Part shown: piece after piece, positions 53,199-61,066 of the stretch
Layout: every line of letters begins with the position of its first letter
Position numbering within the stretch: the first letter of the stretch is position 1
Assembly: GCA_036267875.1 (NCBI GenBank)
Contig: DATAVE010000117.1
Location: 25,785 to 89,784, forward strand
DNA length: 64,000 nt
Direction: 5' to 3'
Origin: Mycobacteriales bacterium
GTDB lineage: Bacteria; Actinomycetota; Actinomycetes; JAFAQI01
Translations under genes and position numbers: made by a program
Notes under the pieces: generated by a model
Told to the model about the DNA's origin: nothing
What the model saw: the letters and a program-made list of their open reading frames with translations, nothing else
Database searches by the model: none

Positions 53199-54760
53199 CC
53201 GGTTCTCCCGTCGGTGATCATCGTTCGCAGCTCTCGTTTGAGGACCTTGCCGTAGGCGTTGCGCGGCAAGGTGTCGAGGAAGCAGTAGCGGCGGGGGCGC
53301 TTGTACGTCGCAAGCGCGCCGTCGCAGAGCTTCTCGAGCTCGGTCTCGCTCACCGGGTCGGCGGGATCGGTCACGACGACGGCCACCACCTGCTCGCCCC
53401 AGGTGCGATCCGGCACCCCAATCACGGCGACGTCCCTCACCCCCGGATGGTGGAGCAGGGCTGACTCGACTTCGACGGCGTATACGTTCGAGCCACCGGT
53501 GATGATCATGTCCTTCACGCGGTCGAGCAGGGTCAGGGCGCCGGTCTCGTCGAGCCGCCCGAGGTCGCCGGTGTGCAGCCAGCCGTCGCGGAGTGCTTGC
53601 GCCGTCTCCTCCGGACGCTTCCAGTAGCCGGTCATGACCGCTGGCCCGCTCACGACTAGCTCCCCGACGGCACCAGCTGGGACGGCGTTGCCGGCCTCGT
53701 CGACGATCCGGATCGACATCCCGGGTCGGGCGTAGCCGGCCGAGGACAGTCGGGATGGCGCTGGTTCGGCGAGAGCAGCGAGGTGGTCGTCGGGGCTCAG
53801 CACGGTAGCGGTCATCGGTGTCTCACCCTGGCCGTAGAGCTGAACCAGTCGTGGCCCGAAGACACCGAGTGCGCGACGCAGCTCCGGCTCAGGGAACGGC
53901 GCCCCTCCGTAGACGACGTAGCGGAGATCCGGAAGCTCGAGGGGACGGTCGCCGGCGGCGTCCGCGACCATGATGATCTGGGTCGGCACCAGCCAGGTGT
54001 TCGTGACCTTGTGTGCGGACATGAGAGAGGTGATCGCCGTGGGCTCGAATCGCCCGCTCGGCGCGATCACATGATGCGCGCCGCGAGCGGTCGTGGCGAG
54101 CGCGTGAAATCCGGCGCCGTGGGTGAGCGGCGCGGCGTGAAGTGTCACGTCGTTGCCGGACATGGGCGTCAGGTCCGCGAGCCAGGACGAGGTGACGAAG
54201 TTGAGGATGCCGTGCGTGAGCATTGCTCCCTTCGGTCGACCGGTCGTGCCAGATGTGTAGAACAGCCAGGCGAGGGTGTCGCGATCGACCGTCACCTCGA
54301 GAGGCTCGCGATCTCGCTCGGCCGCGATCACGGCCTCGTAGCTCACGGCTTCGCGCCAGCCCTCGGTCGGCTTGGTTGCGTCGTCGACGCTGATCACCCG
54401 AACGTTGCCGGTAACCGCTGAGTCGACGACGTCGCGCATCGCGGATGTGGTCACGAGGACAACGGCGCCCGAGTCCTCGAGGTGGTAGGCGACCTCCGCC
54501 GACTGGAACTTCGCGTTGAGCGGCACCCAGCCGACTCCTGCGGTGAAGCAGGCGAACATCGTTTCGATCAGCTCGGGAGAGTTCGGCATCAGGCAGGCGA
54601 CCCGTTCGCCTGGGGTGGCTCCGAGGCCGCACAGGCCATGCGCGAGGGCGTTCACGCGCTCGGCCAGCTCGCGATATGTGGACATGCGGTCGCCTTGGGT
54701 GACGGCCGGCGCATCCGGGGTTCGGCGGGCCGCGTTGGTCAGGAGGCGGCCGAGGTTCAT
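53195..54760 (-). CDS. AMP-forming acyl-CoA synthetase (FadD-type)
   Basis: ATG 54760 (ATGA overlap with P450 stop); LFYTSGTTGRPKGA, YGQGETP, TGDLGRLDETGALTLLDRVKD. Confidence 0.85.
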   Translation of the reverse strand: MNLGRLLTNAARRTPDAPAVTQGDRMSTYRELAERVNALAHGLCGLGATPGERVACLMPNSPELIETMFACFTAGVGWVPLNAKFQSAEVAYHLEDSGAVVLVTTSAMRDVVDSAVTGNVRVISVDDATKPTEGWREAVSYEAVIAAERDREPLEVTVDRDTLAWLFYTSGTTGRPKGAMLTHGILNFVTSSWLADLTPMSGNDVTLHAAPLTHGAGFHALATTARGAHHVIAPSGRFEPTAITSLMSAHKVTNTWLVPTQIIMVADAAGDRPLELPDLRYVVYGGAPFPEPELRRALGVFGPRLVQLYGQGETPMTATVLSPDDHLAALAEPAPSRLSSAGYARPGMSIRIVDEAGNAVPAGAVGELVVSGPAVMTGYWKRPEETAQALRDGWLHTGDLGRLDETGALTLLDRVKDMIITGGSNVYAVEVESALLHHPGVRDVAVIGVPDRTWGEQVVAVVVTDPADPVSETELEKLCDGALATYKRPRRYCFLDTLPRNAYGKVLKRELRTMITDGRTG

Positions 54761-55989
54761 GTATGCGCGAGGAGCTCGTGCATCGTGCGGAAGACGAGGT
54801 TGGGAACGATCGCGAACTCCTGGTCTTCCACCAGACGAAGATCGGGGTACTGCGCAGTCAACAGTTCCAGCGCGATCTTCATCTCGAGTCGTGCAAGCGG
54901 TGCGCCGAGGCACAAGTGCACCCCCTTGCCGAAGCTGAGGTGGGTACGGGCGTTGTCCCGCGTGATGTCGAAGCGGTCAGGCTCGGCGAAGTGCGCTTCG
55001 TCGCGGTGGGCCGAAGCAAAGGTCATGAACAGCTGCGCGCCCTGCGGAAGGTCGACGCCGGCAAGTGTCGTCGGGCGGCTCGTGATCCTCCGCCACCCGA
55101 GGATCGGCGGGTCGTAACGGAGCATCTCCTCGACCGCGTTGTCGATCAGGCTCGGGTCAGCGACGAGCATCTTCCACTGGTCCTGGTTGGCCAGCAGGTA
55201 GCGCAGCCCACCCGTGAACAGGTTGGTGGTGCTGTCGTGCCCGGCGAGAGCAATCGAGTAGACGATGCTTACGCAGTCGTTGAAGGTCACTTCCTCGTGC
55301 TCGTCGGACCAGGCGAGCAGATCTGAGGTGAAGTCGTCGGCCGGCTGGTTGCGCCGGCTGGCGACGTGGTTCTCGACGTACGTCCAGAACGACACGACGT
55401 TGTGCGCGACCTCGACCTGCTCCTCGTCGGAGAGCCGGCCGTACGTCAGCAGGATCCGTTTGGTGCACCAGCTCTTGAGCAGCTCCCAGTCCGACTCCGG
55501 GAAGCCGAGCAGGCTGAACCCGGCGTAGCCGGGCAATGGGAACGCGAGGCTCGCGACAAGATCGACCGTCTCCTGACCCGCGAAGCCGTCCAGGATCTTC
55601 TGGGTCTGTTCGCGCAGGACTGGCTCCAGCGAACGGATCCGTCGTGGGGACATGTTGCGCAGAACCGCGGTACGCATCGGCGCATGGCGCGGCGGGTCCG
55701 CGTTGGTCAGCGTCGGGACTCTGCGTACGCCACCGGCGAGAATCTCGGCCGCCGCGGGGCAGACCGGGTACACCGGCGACGATGCGTTCGCCGCCAGAAA
55801 GGTGTCGCGGTCGAGCAGGACCTGCTCGATGTCGGCATACGTCGTCACGAAGTAGAGGTCGAGCTCGGCATGGTGGAGCACCGGTCCCTCTGCGCGCATG
55901 TCAGCAAGCTGGGGGAACGGGTTCGTCAGAAACTCGGCGTCGAGCGGATCGAACCGTTGTGTGACCGGGCAGCCGTTCGGGATCGTCAC
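54757..55989 (-). CDS. Cytochrome P450 monooxygenase
   Basis: GTG 55989 (MTIPNGCPV..); I-helix ALAGHDSTTN, EEMLRYDPP (ExxR), heme loop FGKGVHLCLGAPLA; 614-aa ORF extension rejected. Confidence 0.85.
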   Translation of the reverse strand: MTIPNGCPVTQRFDPLDAEFLTNPFPQLADMRAEGPVLHHAELDLYFVTTYADIEQVLLDRDTFLAANASSPVYPVCPAAAEILAGGVRRVPTLTNADPPRHAPMRTAVLRNMSPRRIRSLEPVLREQTQKILDGFAGQETVDLVASLAFPLPGYAGFSLLGFPESDWELLKSWCTKRILLTYGRLSDEEQVEVAHNVVSFWTYVENHVASRRNQPADDFTSDLLAWSDEHEEVTFNDCVSIVYSIALAGHDSTTNLFTGGLRYLLANQDQWKMLVADPSLIDNAVEEMLRYDPPILGWRRITSRPTTLAGVDLPQGAQLFMTFASAHRDEAHFAEPDRFDITRDNARTHLSFGKGVHLCLGAPLARLEMKIALELLTAQYPDLRLVEDQEFAIVPNLVFRTMHELLAHT

Positions 55990-56073
55990 GATGACAGGGT
56001 AATCACAGATGTCAGATTCGGTCGAGAGCGCGTCGATGACGTTCGAGCCCGATCGGTCGCCATACTCCGGGCC

Positions 56074-56544
56074 ATGGAGATCTGGGAGCTGGTCGCCCGC
56101 GAGGAGATCCGCGAGTGCATCGCGGGATACAACGCCTACGGTGACTCGGGTCGGATGACCGAGATGCTCGATGTGTTTGCGGATGACGCCGTCATGGAGA
56201 TCGAAGGCGTTGCCGCCGTTGGCCGGGAGGCGATCACCGCGGTCATGAAGGATGCCGGTCGCCAGTTCATCGCCTATGCCAGGTCGGTGGGCACGCGACG
56301 CGGTGGACCGATCCTTCGCCACTTCACCTCGACCGTGACGATCCGCGTCGAGTCGCAGACGAGGGCGAGCGCGAGCCTCTACTACTTCGTGCTGATGCAT
56401 CACGGGCTTGATCACTGGGGCCGGTACGAAGACGACTACCGACTCGTCGACGGCCGCTGGCGGATCAGCCATCGGCGAGAGTGGATGGACGGCGCGATCG
56501 AGGGAGGCTTCGGCGCGCAGGCCCTTGCCGCCCCGCGTCTGTAG
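56074..56544 (+). CDS. SnoaL-like/NTF2-fold protein
   Basis: EEIRECIAGYNAYGDSGRMTEMLDVFADDAV.., GRYEDDYRLVDGRWRISHR pattern typical of SnoaL_4-type proteins. Confidence 0.65.
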   Translation: MEIWELVAREEIRECIAGYNAYGDSGRMTEMLDVFADDAVMEIEGVAAVGREAITAVMKDAGRQFIAYARSVGTRRGGPILRHFTSTVTIRVESQTRASASLYYFVLMHHGLDHWGRYEDDYRLVDGRWRISHRREWMDGAIEGGFGAQALAAPRL

Positions 56545-56621
56545 GACCGGCCGGGCCTGACGCGGTTTAGGGCGCCCGTTGCTAGAGTCAACGGCGTTCA
56601 CTCTGACCGCGGAGGCCCTGC

Positions 56622-57353
56622 GTGGAGGTCCGCCAACCGGTATTCGACTTCGCCGGTATCGATCCCGTCTGGGCGAGTGATGTGCCGCTGGTCCACTGGG
56701 TCAACGCGTACGGCCTCATCCCCGCGTATATCGAGCCCTTCATGATCAAGGTCATGCAGCGCGCCCGGCCGTTGCTCGATCCGGTTGCTGACGCAGAGCT
56801 CCTCCGCGACAGCGGATATCCGGAGATGTCCGACCACGAGCAGGCGTTGGCGCGCCAGTACGAAGAGCTTCTCGAGACCAAGCCGCTCGACTGGCTGCTC
56901 GGGTACTGCGAGGGGTTCGAGTCGATGGGCCTGGTCGTGGCGAACGCCTGGGTGGACGGAGCGCTCCAGGCATCGCTGCCGGACGCCGATCCACGGCCGA
57001 TCGCACTCTGGCGGTGGCACCTCGCCGAGGAGTACGAACATCGAACCGTCGTGTTCCGGGTGCTCAGGGCGCTGTACGGCGAGCGTCCGTCGCGTTTCTA
57101 TCGGTTGCGGCTGCTCGGCCTACTCCACGTGATGCGGCATCTTGGGCGGGCCGTGGTGGGACTACACACCTATCTGGTCGAGTCGCATGCCGATGCCGCC
57201 GGGCGCTCTCTCGATCGCCGGGCGCGGCGCCTTCCGAGCAGCGGAGCGTTCGGACTGCCGGCGTTGGCAATCGTCAAGGTTCTGGCTCCGCGATACGACC
57301 CGATGGACGTACCGCCTCCAACGCGGCTCGCAGAGGCGTTGGCCCTTCGTTGA
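56622..57353 (+). CDS. Predicted metal-dependent hydrolase (Metal_hydrol/PF10118-like)
   Basis: GGAGG upstream of GTG; WHLAEEYEHRTVVFRVL resembles the EExEH motif I recall for this family (from memory). Confidence 0.55.
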   Translation: MEVRQPVFDFAGIDPVWASDVPLVHWVNAYGLIPAYIEPFMIKVMQRARPLLDPVADAELLRDSGYPEMSDHEQALARQYEELLETKPLDWLLGYCEGFESMGLVVANAWVDGALQASLPDADPRPIALWRWHLAEEYEHRTVVFRVLRALYGERPSRFYRLRLLGLLHVMRHLGRAVVGLHTYLVESHADAAGRSLDRRARRLPSSGAFGLPALAIVKVLAPRYDPMDVPPPTRLAEALALR

Positions 57354-57385
57354 CGCGATCTGACGCGAGCGTTTACGGTCGCCCT

Positions 57386-57964
57386 GTGGACCTCGACGCG
57401 GCCGCCTTCACGCTCGGGGGCCTTCGGATGTATCCGCTCGCGGTCACGACCCGCTCCGGCGAAACAGCGAACGGGCTGATCGCGCTGTCGGGCGGGTCGG
57501 GAAGCATCGTCGCCGACGCGCCGCGGGCGATGATCGGGTTGTCGAAGTACAACCTCACCCACGATCTCGTGGTGGGTTCGGGCGTGTTCGCGATGCACCT
57601 TCTTGCCGCTGATCCGCCCGAGGCCCTCGCCAGCTCGCTATCGATCATCATGGCGCTCGGCGCGGCATCCGGACGAGATGGAGACAAGCTCGGGTCGCTC
57701 GCGACCAAGGATGGCGTGACGGGCTGCCCGATCCTCACGGACGCGCTCGCATACGTCGAAGGCCGGGTCGTCAACTCGATGGACTGCGAGGAGAACACAG
57801 TCTTTCTCGCCGATGTCGTCGCCTCCGAACGACTGCGTGACGGGCATCGCCTCAACGTCGGGGATGCCTGGAAGGCGCTGCCGCCGGAGTGGCTCGAGAC
57901 TTATGAGCGAAACCACGCACCGCAAGCCGCTGATGCGCGCCGACGCCGAGGGCTGGAGGCCTGA
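57386..57964 (+). CDS. Flavin reductase-like (FMN-binding split-barrel) protein
   Basis: AFTLGGLRMYPLAVTTRSGETANGLIALSG.. matches flavin-reductase domain pattern; start GTG 57386 or ATG 57428. Confidence 0.6.
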   Translation: MDLDAAAFTLGGLRMYPLAVTTRSGETANGLIALSGGSGSIVADAPRAMIGLSKYNLTHDLVVGSGVFAMHLLAADPPEALASSLSIIMALGAASGRDGDKLGSLATKDGVTGCPILTDALAYVEGRVVNSMDCEENTVFLADVVASERLRDGHRLNVGDAWKALPPEWLETYERNHAPQAADARRRRGLEA

Positions 57965-58551
57965 TGAGTGAGACGACCTATCCACGTGAAGAGGTAGAGC
58001 AGGCTTTCCGCCACTACTTCATGACAGGCCCGGTCCTCGAGGACTGGATTGCCTGGTCGCAGCTGTTCACCGACGAGGCGACGTACAACGACCACTACTG
58101 GGGAACGTTCCACGGACCCGCAGAGATCCAGCGGTTCCTCGAGGGGACGATGTCCTACGCGTCCTTCGTCTACTCGCCACTGGTCTGGTACAACATCGAC
58201 GGCTCGCAGGTGGTCTACAAGGTGATCAACCGCGCCGACAACCCGCAGCCGGGAGGGGCACCGTTCGAATGCCCCTCACTTCAGGTCATCCAGTACGCCG
58301 GCAACGGCAAGTGGGCCTCAGAGGATGACTGGTGGACGACCCGAGAGATGCGGCTGCTCGGCACCGATTGGGTCGCCGCTGTCTCGAGCCATCCTGATGC
58401 CGACACGCTTTCGCGCGCCGACTGGGGCGACTGGATCGACTGGGCTCGTCCACCGGCTGGTCACATCGCAAAGCCGTCATGGGTCGGGCGCGACATCCCG
58501 GGCATCGCCCGGCTTGCCGACATCACCTTCGGGGACCGCCATCGGAGGTAG
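57964..58551 (+). CDS. NTF2/SnoaL-like protein
   Basis: 1-nt TGATG overlap; EVEQAFRHYFMTG..LFTDEATYNDHYWGTFHGPAEIQRFL. Confidence 0.6.
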   Translation: MSETTYPREEVEQAFRHYFMTGPVLEDWIAWSQLFTDEATYNDHYWGTFHGPAEIQRFLEGTMSYASFVYSPLVWYNIDGSQVVYKVINRADNPQPGGAPFECPSLQVIQYAGNGKWASEDDWWTTREMRLLGTDWVAAVSSHPDADTLSRADWGDWIDWARPPAGHIAKPSWVGRDIPGIARLADITFGDRHRR

Positions 58552-59596
58552 CGCGCACGACGTCGCCGAGCTGGTCAGGCGTGCTGCCGTGCAGCACGAG
58601 CTCGTCCGCCCCAGCGCGGATGAAGTCGTCGAGCCTTCGGGCACACTCCTGAGGGCTGCCGACCGCGGAGGCCGACGTCAACCACTCGCGCGGCAGGGCA
58701 TCGGCCGCCTCGGTCAGCTGGTCGCGGGTGCGTACCGAGTCGGCTGCACCCCGGATGCCCGTGAGCTGTGGGTGCGAACGCAGGTCATCAAGCGGCCCCG
58801 TGTCCCAGCCGTTGACCGCGGCGAGCTGCTCGCCAAAGCCGGGGATCTGAAAGTATGTGACCGCACGGCCACCGACCACCGCGGCCTCTTCCTCAGCCGG
58901 CAGGCCCGATGCCGTCACGACGGTCGCGTAGACGGTGAGCGCGTTCGGATCGCGCCCCGCAGCCTCGGCCGCCCTCCGCGCGATCTGGGCCGAGCGTCCG
59001 ACCGCTTCCGGGGTGAGAAACGGATGGAGCAGAACGCCGTCGAAGTGGGCGCCGGCGAGCTCGAGAGTCTTTGGTCCGATCGCCGCGAGGACCAGAGGCG
59101 GGACCGGCGCGTCGGGCACGTCCGCGAGGCGCAGCGACGGAAAGGCGCCGGCGGGCCCGTCGTAGGAGACCTTCTCGCCCGCACACAGCCGCCGCAGCAT
59201 GTCCGCCGAGTCGACCAGAACCTGGCTGGTCATGGCGGGTAGCCCGGCCGCGCGATACAGCGAGGCGACCGATCGGCCGAATCCGAGGACCATCCGCCCG
59301 CCGGTCATGGCCTGTGACGTCATGGCCATCGAAGCCAGCACCGCCGGTTGGCGTACCAGGAACTGCGTGATGCCCGAGGCGATTCGAACCGAGGAGGTCG
59401 TCTGGCTCAGCGCGCCGGCGATCACGCCGAGGTCCTTCGTGCCCCAACGTTCGGAGAGCCAGACGGTGCCCATGCCGAGTGCCTCTGCCGCCTGCGCCTG
59501 GGTGACGACCGGTCGCGGGTCGCAGACCCGCCCGGGCAACACGTATGCACCGAGCCGGCGGACATCGATGTGCACGGTCTGGTCTCCCGTTGCCAT
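58523..59596 (-). CDS. Luciferase-like (LLM class) flavin/F420-dependent oxidoreductase
   Basis: LGAYVLPGR..AEALGMGTVWLSERW..GGRMVLGFGRS; alternative start GTG 59575 has better SD (GGGAGA). Confidence 0.75.
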   Translation of the reverse strand: MATGDQTVHIDVRRLGAYVLPGRVCDPRPVVTQAQAAEALGMGTVWLSERWGTKDLGVIAGALSQTTSSVRIASGITQFLVRQPAVLASMAMTSQAMTGGRMVLGFGRSVASLYRAAGLPAMTSQVLVDSADMLRRLCAGEKVSYDGPAGAFPSLRLADVPDAPVPPLVLAAIGPKTLELAGAHFDGVLLHPFLTPEAVGRSAQIARRAAEAAGRDPNALTVYATVVTASGLPAEEEAAVVGGRAVTYFQIPGFGEQLAAVNGWDTGPLDDLRSHPQLTGIRGAADSVRTRDQLTEAADALPREWLTSASAVGSPQECARRLDDFIRAGADELVLHGSTPDQLGDVVRATSDGGPRR

Positions 59597-59616
59597 CCTC
59601 GAACGATAGGGCCGCG

Positions 59617-60678
59617 GTGCCGCTACCCGATCGTGACGCGATCAGCGGCTGGCTCACCGACCGGCTCCTTGCCGACGGATGTAGCAACCTATCGATCGGC
59701 GACGTGTCGACCCCGAACGCCGGCTTCTCCGGCCAGACGGTGCTCTTCGATGCATCGTGGCGTGATGGCAAGGGGGAGCCCCATACTCACGACCTGGTCC
59801 TGCGATTGCAGCAGGCCGATCATCAGGTCTACCTCGCGAGCGACGCCGTCCGCCAGGCCCGCACGATGCAAGCGCTGGCGCCGTTTGCCGGGGTGGCGGT
59901 CCCGCGGGTTCGGTTCGTCGAGACCGATACCTCCGCGCTCGGCGCTGCGTTCTACGTGATGGATCGGGTCGACGGACGGATCCCCGTCGACGTACCGAGC
60001 TGGCACTCGCGGGGATGGACGGTCGAGCTCGCGCCCGCTCGGCGTACCGAGCTCTACGACAACGGGCTGTCGGCGATGGTCGCGTTGCACCGCGTCGACC
60101 CGCATGACGGGTTCGAGTTCCTCGTCGAACCTGGCGAAGGGACGGCCCTCGCGCGCAACGTAGCGATGGTGCAGCGCTGGTACGACGCGTGTGAGCCGGG
60201 ACGACGGTACGGCGGTGAGGTGCTGGCAACCGCGCTTGGAATGGTCAGCGACCTGATGCCTGCTGACGACGCCGAGGTGGTGATCTGGGGCGATGCGCGG
60301 ATGGGCAACATCGTGTTCGCCGACGACCTCGGCGTCGCGGCGATGCTGGATTGGGAGGCAGCGACTACCGGACCGCCAGGGATGGACCTCGGGTGGTGGC
60401 TGATGTTCGAGAACTTGCTGTGTGAAGCACGTGGCGCACAACGACTAGAAGGCGTCGCGGATCGCGACGGGACGATCCGGCGCTACGCAGAGCTCGCAGG
60501 CAGGTCAGTCGGTGAGGTCGACTACTACGAGCTGCTCGCGGACGTCGGGATCATGCTGATCACGAGCGTCATCGCCGACAACGCGGTGCGGAGCGGAGCG
60601 ATCTCCTTGGAGCAATCGAGCGGCTACCCCAACCGGATCGTCGCAATGACCGAGGCGTCGATCAACCGGCTGCGGTGA
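59617..60678 (+). CDS. APH-fold phosphotransferase (ACAD10/11-kinase, LvaA, FadE36-N-like family)
   Basis: NAGFSGQTVLF nucleotide-loop region, catalytic loop VVIWGDARMGNIVF, MLDWEAATTGPPGMDLGW. Confidence 0.7.
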   Translation: MPLPDRDAISGWLTDRLLADGCSNLSIGDVSTPNAGFSGQTVLFDASWRDGKGEPHTHDLVLRLQQADHQVYLASDAVRQARTMQALAPFAGVAVPRVRFVETDTSALGAAFYVMDRVDGRIPVDVPSWHSRGWTVELAPARRTELYDNGLSAMVALHRVDPHDGFEFLVEPGEGTALARNVAMVQRWYDACEPGRRYGGEVLATALGMVSDLMPADDAEVVIWGDARMGNIVFADDLGVAAMLDWEAATTGPPGMDLGWWLMFENLLCEARGAQRLEGVADRDGTIRRYAELAGRSVGEVDYYELLADVGIMLITSVIADNAVRSGAISLEQSSGYPNRIVAMTEASINRLR

Positions 60679-60685
60679 CCGACCG

Positions 60686-61066
60686 CTAAGACGCGAGCTG
60701 GCTCTGTAGTTCCGCCGTGTCGTAGTAGTCGCGCATCGCGGAGATCCTGCCGTCGCCGTCGAGCTCAACGACGCTCGCCCAATGCAGGGACACCGGCTTG
60801 CCGCCGATCCTCATGCTGTCGATTCGCTCGTTGAACACTGAGGACTCCGTGGAGACCATCCAGCGGATCTCGTAGGAGAAGTCGGCGAAGATCCCGGCCT
60901 GCCGCTCGAACTCCGCGGTGATGGCGGCGGTGCCGATCACCGGATCCTTCCAAGCGCTGACGTGATAGGTCGCGTCAGGCGCGAAGGTCTCGACCGCCGT
61001 CTTGATGTCTTTCGCAGCGATCGCGTCGAGCAGCGCGCGCACGGTCTGCTCCTGAGGTGTGCTCAT
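60686..61066 (-). CDS. Limonene-1,2-epoxide-hydrolase-like (SnoaL/NTF2 fold) protein
   Basis: ATG 61066 (ATGA overlap with SBP stop); NERIDSM and AMRDYYD match the Arg-x-Asp and RDYFD catalytic motifs of LEH family. Confidence 0.7.
   Translation of the reverse strand: MSTPQEQTVRALLDAIAAKDIKTAVETFAPDATYHVSAWKDPVIGTAAITAEFERQAGIFADFSYEIRWMVSTESSVFNERIDSMRIGGKPVSLHWASVVELDGDGRISAMRDYYDTAELQSQLAS

Noticed and set aside
56576-56594. Short hairpin CCGTTG-N7-CAACGG after the SnoaL-like gene, and palindrome TCAAT-A-ATTGA at 39756..39766
   Set aside because: Arms of only 5-6 bp, no U-tract and no second copy. This is too weak to call a terminator or operator.
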